In this document: positions 24,243-33,321 of the stretch, in pieces
Layout: every line of letters begins with the position of its first letter
How positions within the stretch are numbered: position 1 is the stretch's first letter
Virus record (IMG/VR): IMGVR_UViG_3300042946_001496
Direction: 5' to 3' (one strand)
Origin: a virus
Lineage: Duplodnaviria > Heunggongvirae > Uroviricota > Caudoviricetes
Length of the DNA: 43,784 bases
Program-made: the position numbers and the translations under genes
The notes under the pieces: generated by a model
Database searches by the model: none
What the model saw: the letters and a program-made list of their open reading frames with translations, nothing else
Told to the model about the DNA's origin: nothing

Positions 24243-25800
24243 ATAATCTCCATTTAGCTGCATCTGATACTTGCCCATCTGAGTCGTTTTCTAAAACCCT
24301 AAGAACTTCAATTGGACATTTAGGATGATATGCAACATGCATTCTTATCGAAGGAGCTTCGTCTTTGCTCATTTTAGTTAAAATTTCTGGTGTTATGTTT
24401 TTATTATTTGTTAAATTATATCTTACTTTTCTACTTGGATCATCACTTAATTTTTCTAAAAGTTTAGTATCAGTTGCCGTCTCTGCCATTCTCCATTTTG
24501 TAGCATCATTAGTTGAATTAAAAAGTTTTTCTGCAAGTTCTTTTGGAGAACTTGGATTAGAAACAACCTCTCCTGGATAAAGTTCGCTTAATTTATTTAA
24601 AATTTCTTGTGGTGTATTAGGATTTTTTGCAAGAAGTCTGGAGGTAATAGGATTATTAATTTTATATATTTTTTTTAAAATTTCAGAACTAGAATTAGAA
24701 TTACCTGCAAAACCTTCCATTCCTATTTGTATTACTACTGTCCAATGGTCATCCTCGAAAAAGCCTGGGTTTTTAGAATGTATAAGTAAATTCCATAATT
24801 TATCTAAAATTTCTTTTGGAGTGTAAGCACTAACTGCGATATCATAGATAAAATTCGCATCAAAAGTTTTGTGACCAAAAGATAATAAACGTTCATAAAC
24901 TCTATCAGGAAGTGTTTTCTCTTTAATTACTCCTAAATAATAACTATCTTCTAATTCTGGTTTGGCTTTGAGCAATTCGTTTATTTGATCTTCACTAAGG
25001 TCACTAATATTGAAGTTAGTTTCTGGCATATAACCGCCACCGACTACTCTTTTTATTATTGGTAATTTAAGAAGTTCTATTATATATTTGTGATATTTAG
25101 GGTGAGGTTTGCTGTTGCCTCCTTGTGGACCCCTTCCTTTCATTTGAGTTAAATCTCCATTGTTTAAGATAAAAGTAAGATATGGAATATTTTTGTCATC
25201 TCTTAATGATAATATTGTATCTCCCTTTTTGGCTCCTTCATTTCCGCAATGTCCCATGCTTTTGCTTTCAATATCACAAAACCCTCTTTCAAGGTTTACC
25301 CATTCATATCCATCATTAAATTTAAGTATAGTCTTTCCAAATCTGCCGGGCATTCTAATGTTACCTTTGGATAAATTTGTATGATACTCATTATCCAACT
25401 GATTGAAGTCAGTATATTTAAATTGAGGATTGTTAAACTTGCTGATTAATTGCGGATTAAAATTACCATTATCGTCGAGAGCACTCGTTAAAAAATCCCT
25501 ATGACCATAAACCAATAAACTAATCAATCCAATTTCTGGACGTGATCCAGTTATGCGTAGTGTTTTTGTAGATTTTCGATAAACTATCCATTTTGCAAAT
25601 GCTCTTAAACTATTTTCACTTATATTAGGAAGATGTACCTTGATTCCATCTTGTGCGTATTTAAGCCAAGAATCGGTATCGATTTCACTATAGGAACCAG
25701 AATCAAATTCATCAAAAACATCTTGAATTGTTTTTATTTTTTTTAATTCTTGGCTTACTGTGTTTTCATTCAGTATATTGTAAAACTTATAAAAATTCAT
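24223..25800 (-). CDS. Putative internal head protein with PcfJ-like domain and C-terminal LRV/HEAT-like repeats
   Basis: MNFYKFYNILNE; ESKSMGHCG...ILSLRDDKNIPYLT...QMKG; repeats LAKNPNTPQEILNKL, LSDDPSRKVR. Confidence 0.7.
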   Translation of the reverse strand: MNFYKFYNILNENTVSQELKKIKTIQDVFDEFDSGSYSEIDTDSWLKYAQDGIKVHLPNISENSLRAFAKWIVYRKSTKTLRITGSRPEIGLISLLVYGHRDFLTSALDDNGNFNPQLISKFNNPQFKYTDFNQLDNEYHTNLSKGNIRMPGRFGKTILKFNDGYEWVNLERGFCDIESKSMGHCGNEGAKKGDTILSLRDDKNIPYLTFILNNGDLTQMKGRGPQGGNSKPHPKYHKYIIELLKLPIIKRVVGGGYMPETNFNISDLSEDQINELLKAKPELEDSYYLGVIKEKTLPDRVYERLLSFGHKTFDANFIYDIAVSAYTPKEILDKLWNLLIHSKNPGFFEDDHWTVVIQIGMEGFAGNSNSSSEILKKIYKINNPITSRLLAKNPNTPQEILNKLSELYPGEVVSNPSSPKELAEKLFNSTNDATKWRMAETATDTKLLEKLSDDPSRKVRYNLTNNKNITPEILTKMSKDEAPSIRMHVAYHPKCPIEVLRVLENDSDGQVSDAAKWRLSNRIDN

Positions 25801-26156
25801 ACTTTATTTTCCCATGGTCCGTGGTGTTTGTGCCGCAAACAATTCTTCATAGACTCTTCAACTGTATATTTTACAACATCTGTTGGCTTAAATAGTTCAT
25901 AAAATTCATTTTTAGGTAAACTATTTTTAACCAATGACATTTGCCAATCATATACTCTATCTTTTGTTTCCACCCATGCATGAAGGTATCTTTTAAAGTT
26001 TAAAGCATGTGGTTTTTCTACCATTCCATGACATATTCTAATATCATCTTCATTTATTATCCCGTCCTCCAATATCTCTTGAGCTAGTTTGTTGGCATAA
26101 CTAAAGCATTGTCCCATTGGGGTTTTATTTTCTAATAACCAATTTTTAAAATTCAT
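25797..26156 (-). CDS. Transglutaminase/papain-like Cys-His-Asp protein with capsid-targeting-like N-terminus
   Basis: MNFKNWLLE; GQCF, HAWVE, VYDW. Confidence 0.65.
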   Translation of the reverse strand: MNFKNWLLENKTPMGQCFSYANKLAQEILEDGIINEDDIRICHGMVEKPHALNFKRYLHAWVETKDRVYDWQMSLVKNSLPKNEFYELFKPTDVVKYTVEESMKNCLRHKHHGPWENKV

Positions 26157-26168
26157 ATTATAAAACTC

Positions 26169-26972
26169 TCAAATAGGAGGAGTCATAAGATCAGAGTTTT
26201 CTAGAATGTATGGAACCTCCATACATTCTACCAAATCACTATCCTCGTATGTATAAAATGTTTTTTTAGCTAAATCTCCAACATTAGCCCCGGCAGGATA
26301 CTTGATCTCGCTTACAATCTGTCCATTTTCATAAGCTCGTTTATAGAACCAATAAGCATCATTGCTACCACTTAGTAACCTCCAGTCAGGAGTAGGACTA
26401 AGTGGATCTAACCCTGCCGCTGATATCACATCGGCATCGACAGAATTACTTGGATTTAACAAAATAAGATAATTAGGTGCTTTTTCTTGGTTTAAAAACC
26501 TGTTTTCTATTGAATACTTTTCAAAATAGCTTGGTAGTTCTCTGACTGGAGCGTTTTTATTAAATTTTATTTTAGTTTCAGCACCAGAGTTGCTCACATA
26601 AGCTCTAAAATTTGGTCTTGATCTTGTTAATTTAATTCCAACTTTGTTTGAAACATTAAAAGCAGAAAAATATTCATTAAACACAGCATTAGAATTAAGA
26701 GCAACTACAACTTCTTGTGTTTTGGTAACAGAAGGAGTTGATCCAGATACATTCACGGCAATTGTTGAATAATTTTTAAGGTCTGGGTCGAATGCAAAGT
26801 TTATACTTAAACTATTCTCCGAGGAAAAATCATATGGACCTTCGTTACCACTTAACATATCTTCGCTTCTATTCTTATTAGCAGGGATTTTATAGGTAGA
26901 CTGATACTGTTTATCTGCTCCGAATAGACTTCCTCTAAATTCAAAATCAAAAACATTCTGAAAAAATGACAT
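26169..26972 (-). CDS. Hypothetical protein (late-strand, possibly virion)
   Basis: ORF track; GAGG upstream. Confidence 0.7.
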   Translation of the reverse strand: MSFFQNVFDFEFRGSLFGADKQYQSTYKIPANKNRSEDMLSGNEGPYDFSSENSLSINFAFDPDLKNYSTIAVNVSGSTPSVTKTQEVVVALNSNAVFNEYFSAFNVSNKVGIKLTRSRPNFRAYVSNSGAETKIKFNKNAPVRELPSYFEKYSIENRFLNQEKAPNYLILLNPSNSVDADVISAAGLDPLSPTPDWRLLSGSNDAYWFYKRAYENGQIVSEIKYPAGANVGDLAKKTFYTYEDSDLVECMEVPYILENSDLMTPPI

Positions 26973-26974
26973 TT

Positions 26975-28498
26975 TTACCTCGTTTCACTCCACTGTAGAC
27001 TTGCATAGACTAAGGCATTTACATTATTTGAGTTTCCTAAAACCGTAGCTATAATTCCATAGGCTTCGCTATTTGAAGAATCATAGTTCTGAGTTATAAA
27101 TCCTCTCTTGTTCACCACAGGATTAACAATAATACCAGAACCAGTAGTGTTTTTGCTTGCAGATGCTTCAACAAATTGACCGGAGACAGGATAACCATTA
27201 GAAAACCCAGTTGCAGTCTTGTTATATTCAACTATACTGTCTGAGCCTTTGTCCACCCATAGACCACCAGTTATAGAGCTATGGCTTTCAAATTTAACTA
27301 ACTCGAAATAAATGGGAGCATTAGTAACTAATATAGATGCTTGAAGAGATCTTACTATTCCTCTTACTAAGTCAGAGTTATATTCATTTTTTAACCTTAT
27401 TGCTAAAACACAAATTGAGTCTCCGCCATCAACTATGGTTCTTCCCGTTAAAGAGCTAGGCACTGTGTGGATAAGACCAGTTTCTAAGTATCCGCCTTCA
27501 CTCATAACAGTAGAACATATTTGTTTTAAAGTAGAAGTTCCTACTGCTGTGTCTGTATTTCTAATTTCACATCTTATTGGCAGGCTAGGTTGGGTCCAAT
27601 ATACATTTTCACCATAATTAGAATGATATATTTCGTGAGCTATTATCCACTCTCCTTCATGAACAAAGCCAATTCTTATTCTTCCAACACCGAGCCATTG
27701 AAAATCCAACATCAGCAATTGAGTTTTAGTTTGATCTAGTGTCCATGTTCCAGGATCTCCGTAATTTGGGGCATTGTCCCCATTAGGCATTACGCCCGTT
27801 CCATTTATTGTAATGTCGCAAGTATTTCTGTTCCAATCGGATTGGTTTATTATCAAATCGTTAGGACTACCTGTAACATAGTCTCTTATTACAAAACAAA
27901 GACTTCCATCTCCATTTTGTTGAACAAATATTCCATTTCTGTCGTCAAAGTAACCAACTCTTTTGACTGTGTTTTCTCTTGAATTTCCAAAAACAAAACT
28001 TGTCAATATTACCTGACTTTTTCCAGGTAGGTAATGATGATACATTCTGCTTTGATGTATTGCATAATCTGTTGAGCCTGTTCCAACTGATAGTATGTAG
28101 CTGCTTGTTTCTGCATTAGCCAATCCAGAGCCACTTCCACTAGTTTTTGTTATCATTTCTGGATTTTCTCCAGAAACATGATGATAATCTCCAAGGGTGG
28201 TTGGCATTGATACACGTAATTTACCAAAAGCATCAACACTTGCTGCAAGTGGCGTCTGAGAAACATAAAGAGGGTTGCTTTGGTCATTCTCTACAGTGAC
28301 CGATGTTCCGACATTTACATCCCCAGTAATTGTTATACTATCAGACCCTAGTGTTACTGGAAGTGGGTTTGTATTGCTGACCATCGTGGCACTGTCTGCT
28401 TCGCCAAATTCTAATTTAACTTTTAGGTGTTTTGTATCGCCTATTTCGTCGGCAGCAAATAGTTTTTCATGATCATGTATTCTTGCATTATCTGCCAT
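26975..28498 (-). CDS. Beta-rich putative virion structural protein
   Basis: DAFGKLRVS.P.TL and Y.PGKSQ motifs recalled from environmental phage proteins; AGAGG upstream. Confidence 0.6.
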   Translation of the reverse strand: MADNARIHDHEKLFAADEIGDTKHLKVKLEFGEADSATMVSNTNPLPVTLGSDSITITGDVNVGTSVTVENDQSNPLYVSQTPLAASVDAFGKLRVSMPTTLGDYHHVSGENPEMITKTSGSGSGLANAETSSYILSVGTGSTDYAIHQSRMYHHYLPGKSQVILTSFVFGNSRENTVKRVGYFDDRNGIFVQQNGDGSLCFVIRDYVTGSPNDLIINQSDWNRNTCDITINGTGVMPNGDNAPNYGDPGTWTLDQTKTQLLMLDFQWLGVGRIRIGFVHEGEWIIAHEIYHSNYGENVYWTQPSLPIRCEIRNTDTAVGTSTLKQICSTVMSEGGYLETGLIHTVPSSLTGRTIVDGGDSICVLAIRLKNEYNSDLVRGIVRSLQASILVTNAPIYFELVKFESHSSITGGLWVDKGSDSIVEYNKTATGFSNGYPVSGQFVEASASKNTTGSGIIVNPVVNKRGFITQNYDSSNSEAYGIIATVLGNSNNVNALVYASLQWSETR

Positions 28499-28750
28499 AG
28501 TTACCTCTTTTAATTATATATTAAAACATAGAATTTAATATTCATAAAAAATTACAGACAATAATTTAAGTAAACTATATTGCTTACATGGAAAACAACG
28601 ATCTTGGATTACTTAAAGACCATTCACATTTAATACTTTCTTTCGCTTTTATAGTTTATGGAATATTAATTACTTATTTATGCAAAGAGTATGATGCTTG
28701 ATTCAGGTCTACTATTTTGTTATAAAATACAACTTACCAAAGGGTCATCA

Positions 28751-28972
28751 ATGGACAGATTTGATCTAGAAAACCAAATAAACAGTTTGTTAAATATAAG
28801 TGAAGATATAGAACTTTTATATAAAAATATTTTAGAAAATAAAATATCTAATGAAGAAATTGCTAATATACTAATTGGACTTAATGGGTTGATTAAACTT
28901 AGGCAAGATCAGTTGTTTGAAACAATGAAAATTATTTTTAAATTAGATGAATATAGTAAAAGTAATTTTTAA
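28751..28972 (+). CDS. Hypothetical protein (MDRFDLE type)
   Basis: ATG 28751 in frame with track ORF 28691..28972. Confidence 0.65.
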   Translation: MDRFDLENQINSLLNISEDIELLYKNILENKISNEEIANILIGLNGLIKLRQDQLFETMKIIFKLDEYSKSNF

Positions 28973-28976
28973 AGAA

Positions 28977-29168
28977 TTATTTTCTTCTCTTTTTTCTTCT
29001 TTTTTTACCTTTGCCTTTTAATCTATTAACCTGCCAGGGCGGGGCTGTGGAGTGGCTATGTATTGCAGCGTCGGGTATTGGAGGCTTTAGACCCATTGCA
29101 GCATCCCACCTCAATCTTGTTGAAGCACTTGATTCTTTTGCTATTATCCAATCTTTAAATGATATCAT
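28977..29168 (-). CDS. Small basic protein with capsid-targeting-like N-terminus
   Basis: MISFKDWIIAKE; C-terminal KGKKRRKKRRK. Confidence 0.7.
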   Translation of the reverse strand: MISFKDWIIAKESSASTRLRWDAAMGLKPPIPDAAIHSHSTAPPWQVNRLKGKGKKRRKKRRK

Positions 29169-29215
29169 AAATATATATATTAATATATATTTAAAAATTA
29201 ACCAGTAGACAAATG

Positions 29216-29422
29216 TTAATCAGCGTTTGATTTATTTAATTTCACTTTAATTAGATCTATTGCTTCTTTAATGCCACTAAACAAATAACTAAAGCACATT
29301 ATAGATATAGCAAAAGATGGCAAAGATTGAAGTATTAAACCTGATTTTAGTTGTAATAGCCCAACATATAATACTAAGAATATAGGCTCTATAGCAATTG
29401 TGAACAACAGTATTTTAAACAT
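29216..29422 (-). CDS. Small membrane protein
   Basis: Two hydrophobic segments. Confidence 0.6.
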   Translation of the reverse strand: MFKILLFTIAIEPIFLVLYVGLLQLKSGLILQSLPSFAISIMCFSYLFSGIKEAIDLIKVKLNKSNAD

Positions 29423-29424
29423 TT

Positions 29425-29847
29425 TTACCTTTCGGAACCACTTAGCAATTCTTCTATCTTGCCGATATAGAATTTTGCAACAGCAATTTCTCTTTCTTGA
29501 TTCGTATAAGAAGGTCTAGTTGTTGAGTGTTCTGGTGCGTTTTCAACAATATTTTGAGCTAGTTCTTTTAAATTAAAAAGCTCTTCATTTGAAGCTTTGA
29601 CGGTAACCCAACTCACGCTATCTCCTCTTCGATCTAGCAATTCTTCTGCTAGCTTATATTTTGGAGAAACGTATCTTTTAAAAACAGTGTATATGTCATA
29701 ACCTAGTTTTATAGGAATAACTTTGAAAGAATCAGTCTTTGGAATAAGTTTGGATGAAGCTCTGCTAGAGTAGCTAGGCGTTTTCAACATGTCGATTAAA
29801 TCTAAATTTGCTGATATTTCGTTAATATATTGCCTAAAAGATATCAT
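29425..29847 (-). CDS. Hypothetical protein with capsid-targeting-like N-terminus
   Basis: MISFRQYINE. Confidence 0.7.
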   Translation of the reverse strand: MISFRQYINEISANLDLIDMLKTPSYSSRASSKLIPKTDSFKVIPIKLGYDIYTVFKRYVSPKYKLAEELLDRRGDSVSWVTVKASNEELFNLKELAQNIVENAPEHSTTRPSYTNQEREIAVAKFYIGKIEELLSGSER

Positions 29848-29869
29848 AATGTATATATAAAACTAAATT

Positions 29870-30067
29870 TTAAAACCATTTTTTAATTTTTCTTTTTTTC
29901 TTTTTTTCTTTATTTAAAGTTTCATCATGATTATCTACTTTTATTAAATACCCCGGTGATTGCCTGAGTGCTTTTTTTATAGGATCATCATAACCAGTGT
30001 GGGTATAAACCCCTGGCATTATATTGCCGAAAACGCTTTCTTGTTTTAAAAATTCCTTAAAATTCAT
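29870..30067 (-). CDS. Small basic protein with capsid-targeting-like N-terminus
   Basis: MNFKEFLKQE; C-terminal KKKKRKIKK. Confidence 0.7.
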   Translation of the reverse strand: MNFKEFLKQESVFGNIMPGVYTHTGYDDPIKKALRQSPGYLIKVDNHDETLNKEKKKKRKIKKWF

Positions 30068-30087
30068 AATAATATATATGTTTTAAA

Positions 30088-31011
30088 CTAAACTCTAATT
30101 TTATCTTGATTTTCTATAAACCAATCTACTGTTTTATTTAAACCTTCTTTTATATTTATGAATTTATAGTCTGGCAATATTTTTTGCAATCTTTTGTTAC
30201 TTGCAGTTTTTTTGTATTGTCCATCTGGTTTGGATAGATCAAATTTCATTTTATTTATATATTCAAATTTATTTGCTATAATTGTAGAAATATCAAGTAT
30301 ACTAATTTCTTCTTCTGGGGATACAATTATCGTATCAGAATATTCAATCTCTAACAATTTTATTATAATTTGAGCTAGGTCTAACGAATAGATAAACTGT
30401 CTTAAAGGAGTGCCAGTTCCTGCGACAACAAAGTCTTGATTTCTACTCTTCGCCAAGAAGCATTTATATATAAGAGCTGGGATTACATGGGAGTCTTCTA
30501 AATTAAAATTATCGTGTGGTCCGTAAATGTTTGTTGGTATTACACAACTATAATCGAGATCATATTGTTCTCTATATGCTCTACACTGAACCTCTAGCAT
30601 TCTTTTGGCGTATGCATAGCTATAATTAGACTCGTGAGGAGGTCCATTGAAAAGCATATTCTCATCTATTGGATAATTTGTGCTATCTGGGAAAACACAT
30701 GTTGATAAACATCCTATAAATTTTTTTATATTTAATTTATTACAAATTTTTAATATGTTTAAATTAATAAGAATATTATCTTCAAACATTTGTACTTTTT
30801 GATTTATATTTTTAAATAAACCCCCAACATTAGCCGCTAAATGAATGACGCAGTCCGGTTGAATTTCTGATATTTTATCGAAAGATTGATTATATTCCAA
30901 CAAATCACAGTCTTTTGAAGATAAAAAAATAAATTTTTCATCTGCAATCTGTTTTATTGCACTGCCAACAAGACCAGATCCACCAGTCACTAGTATTTTT
31001 TTGTATTTCAT
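30088..31011 (-). CDS. fcl: GDP-L-fucose synthase (extended SDR epimerase/reductase)
   Basis: ILVTGGSGLVG, HLAANVGG, YAYAKR, PTNIYGPHDNF, SHVIPAL, GTGTPLRQF, DGQYKK. Confidence 0.93.
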   Translation of the reverse strand: MKYKKILVTGGSGLVGSAIKQIADEKFIFLSSKDCDLLEYNQSFDKISEIQPDCVIHLAANVGGLFKNINQKVQMFEDNILINLNILKICNKLNIKKFIGCLSTCVFPDSTNYPIDENMLFNGPPHESNYSYAYAKRMLEVQCRAYREQYDLDYSCVIPTNIYGPHDNFNLEDSHVIPALIYKCFLAKSRNQDFVVAGTGTPLRQFIYSLDLAQIIIKLLEIEYSDTIIVSPEEEISILDISTIIANKFEYINKMKFDLSKPDGQYKKTASNKRLQKILPDYKFINIKEGLNKTVDWFIENQDKIRV

Positions 31012-31070
31012 ACTTTTATGATAGTATAATCACAAATGATTAGAGGTTGTCTGCGATAAACTCATTGCAA

Positions 31071-31241
31071 TTACTTTTTAAGAGGATCACAAGTACATTT
31101 TTCACAACATTTTTCTCCTGGGGTGCATCTATTTTCTTCGCATTGCAGTCTGCACTTGGGTCCACAACTTTCATTTAAACATGCACATGGAGAAGAGCAT
31201 CCAATCATTAAAATTAAGCTAATTAATAGTATTTTTTTCAT
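31071..31241 (-). CDS. 56-aa Cys-rich predicted lipoprotein (not in ORF track)
   Basis: Read by hand: [56 protein letters not shown]; GAGG upstream; ATGA overlap with upstream gene. Confidence 0.75.
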   Translation of the reverse strand: MKKILLISLILMIGCSSPCACLNESCGPKCRLQCEENRCTPGEKCCEKCTCDPLKK

Positions 31242-31897
31242 TCAAACCTCCAATTTTCATAATTTATAGTCAACTTTACCTGGTTCGTGGTGTATTTTAA
31301 ATTACTTTCAAGTTTTTTGATGTCATTTTTGTTGTTTTCAGTGACTTTTTTGTCCATAAAGTCTTTAAAAAAGAAAGGTATCTTGTTTTTTACAGTTAAT
31401 TCACTTTTAATTTCAACAAAAGTCTTATTTTCATCAGAAATTGGAGTAATTTTTATGTTTTTTTCATAAAAAATTAAATTTTTTTGAATTTCTTTTAATT
31501 TTATATCTATTTTTAAGGTGTTTCTATCAAAATTTACAGTTTGAACAAATGGAATGACCATTTTTCCAAGAAAACTATCGTTTTTTTCAATTTTAAAGTC
31601 TAAAATCCCACTAATTTTGTAATCTTTTACTCTTAAAACTCTTCTTGGAACATCAATATTGAAGTTTTCCCAAGATTTTTCAATCAAAGTAGCATCATTT
31701 TCCCTCACGATCCCTTCTAGTGAGTCTTTTTTAGACAAATTTTTAACAACGCTAAGGTATGGCTTATCAACAACAAAAGAAATTTGATCAATACTATTAG
31801 ATTCGTGATCCACAAACCCATAAGTATAGCAAAAATATAAAAAAATTGATAAAAAACCAATTAAACAAGCAATTATTAGTAAAAATTTTTTAATCAT
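31238..31897 (-). CDS. Membrane-anchored hypothetical protein
   Basis: N-terminal hydrophobic helix; C-terminus loosely START/SRPBCC-like (weak). Confidence 0.65.
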   Translation of the reverse strand: MIKKFLLIIACLIGFLSIFLYFCYTYGFVDHESNSIDQISFVVDKPYLSVVKNLSKKDSLEGIVRENDATLIEKSWENFNIDVPRRVLRVKDYKISGILDFKIEKNDSFLGKMVIPFVQTVNFDRNTLKIDIKLKEIQKNLIFYEKNIKITPISDENKTFVEIKSELTVKNKIPFFFKDFMDKKVTENNKNDIKKLESNLKYTTNQVKLTINYENWRFE

Positions 31898-32298
31898 GTC
31901 TCAGTTGGTGTAGGTGTTGGAGTCTCTGTAGGTGTAGGTGTTGGAGTCTCTGTAGGTGTAGGTGTTGGAGTCTCTGTAGGTGTAGGTGTTGGAGTCTCTG
32001 TAGGTGTAGGTGTTGGAGTCTCTGTAGGTGTAGGTGTTGGAGTCTCTGTAGGTGTAGGTGTTGGAGTAGCGGTTAGTGTTGGAGTAGGAGTAGGTGTAGC
32101 AGTAGGCGGAGTAGGAGTGATGCCATTAATACAACAAGACATATAAAGAAGATCGTTCCATGGAGTAGTTCCATCTCCAATCTTAAACATACCTGTATCT
32201 GATTCAAATCCAGGCTCTGCGAGAGCTAAGACTGGATTTTCGTCATACCATTCTTGATAAGTTCCGTTTCTAATCTGTATTTTTGTAAATTGTGTCAT
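31894..32298 (-). CDS. Mtd-N/hyaluronidase-N-like fibre anchor domain plus Pro-Thr repeat
   Basis: IQIRNGT..EW...[26 protein letters not shown]; about seven 24-bp PTPTPTET units. Confidence 0.8.
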   Translation of the reverse strand: MTQFTKIQIRNGTYQEWYDENPVLALAEPGFESDTGMFKIGDGTTPWNDLLYMSCCINGITPTPPTATPTPTPTLTATPTPTPTETPTPTPTETPTPTPTETPTPTPTETPTPTPTETPTPTPTETPTPTPTET

Positions 32299-32299
32299 T

Positions 32300-32878
32300 T
32301 TATCTTATATCTTCTCCACCATATTCTTCAGGAGTTTTTCCTTGCATTTCTAAACTTTTATAAAACTTATTTATAAGTTCATCATTCCAATAATTCTTAG
32401 CATTACTAATCAGCCACTGTTTACCAGCACTAAGAGGTACAATTTTTCCTGTTTTTTTATTTCTAAGACTTGCTTTTGAATTTAAATATCTGTCTGCTTT
32501 CAGTATTGGTGTAAAATTATTATCTTGTAGTGTTTCTGATCCTGTGTTGTATATGTAGCCAAATTTTATAATTCCATCATTTATTATTCTGTCCCAATCC
32601 CAAGATTGATTTATAAAATTATTCACAAAAAAATTTGTTTTATAACCCCGACTTCCTTGATAATAATTATTATTATACCTATATCCATTATCACTATCAG
32701 ATTCAGGTGGTACGGTATAGTTTACTTTTTCTCCTCGACTTCTTTCTATTGCTGTTTTACCCACAGCTAAAAGTCCTAAGCCAGCGGCTCCTAATGCTCC
32801 AAGAACACCTTCTTTGATTTTAAAGTCAGGATGTTTTTCTATCAGATAATCTTTAAAGCTATTCATTTTATTCCTCAT
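32300..32878 (-). CDS. Hypothetical protein with capsid-targeting-like motif
   Basis: [10 protein letters not shown] then Gly/Ala-rich hydrophobic segment [17 protein letters not shown]. Confidence 0.68.
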   Translation of the reverse strand: MRNKMNSFKDYLIEKHPDFKIKEGVLGALGAAGLGLLAVGKTAIERSRGEKVNYTVPPESDSDNGYRYNNNYYQGSRGYKTNFFVNNFINQSWDWDRIINDGIIKFGYIYNTGSETLQDNNFTPILKADRYLNSKASLRNKKTGKIVPLSAGKQWLISNAKNYWNDELINKFYKSLEMQGKTPEEYGGEDIR

Positions 32879-32880
32879 GA

Positions 32881-33297
32881 TTATAGATTAGAAGTTATCC
32901 AATTATAAACTTCTTCAACATCATCCTTAGATGTAGCTAAATGTTCTCTCGCCCAATCATGACCATCTTCAAGCATCGCATCAATTAAATAAGGATCCAA
33001 AGACAACAAATGCTCTATTTTATCTTTAATAACTTTTAAGTTAGAAAAAAACATATAGTTTTTAATATCACAGCCTTCAGAAAATTCTTTTTTATCTAGC
33101 CATTCTGTAAATTTGCCTTTTTTGTTTTTAACTTTTTTTGGCAATCCTTTATGTTTTGTTTTTGCAAAATCTTTAGCATCCTTCTTGCTTATGCTATCGG
33201 CAATTTTTTTAATTTTAGGGCTTGAGCACTTCCCAGTTTTTTGGCATCTATGAACGGCACCAAAAAGTCTTTGTTGGCTTCGGGATTTTGATGGCAT
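32881..33297 (-). CDS. Conserved T4-like phage protein (MPSKS..QQR..G type, DUF3008-like by recall)
   Basis: MPSKSRSQQRLFG...DFAKTKHKGLP; internal FTEWLDKKE. Confidence 0.65.
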   Translation of the reverse strand: MPSKSRSQQRLFGAVHRCQKTGKCSSPKIKKIADSISKKDAKDFAKTKHKGLPKKVKNKKGKFTEWLDKKEFSEGCDIKNYMFFSNLKVIKDKIEHLLSLDPYLIDAMLEDGHDWAREHLATSKDDVEEVYNWITSNL

Positions 33298-33321
33298 TTT
33301 ATTTCCTTTTATTTTTATATA

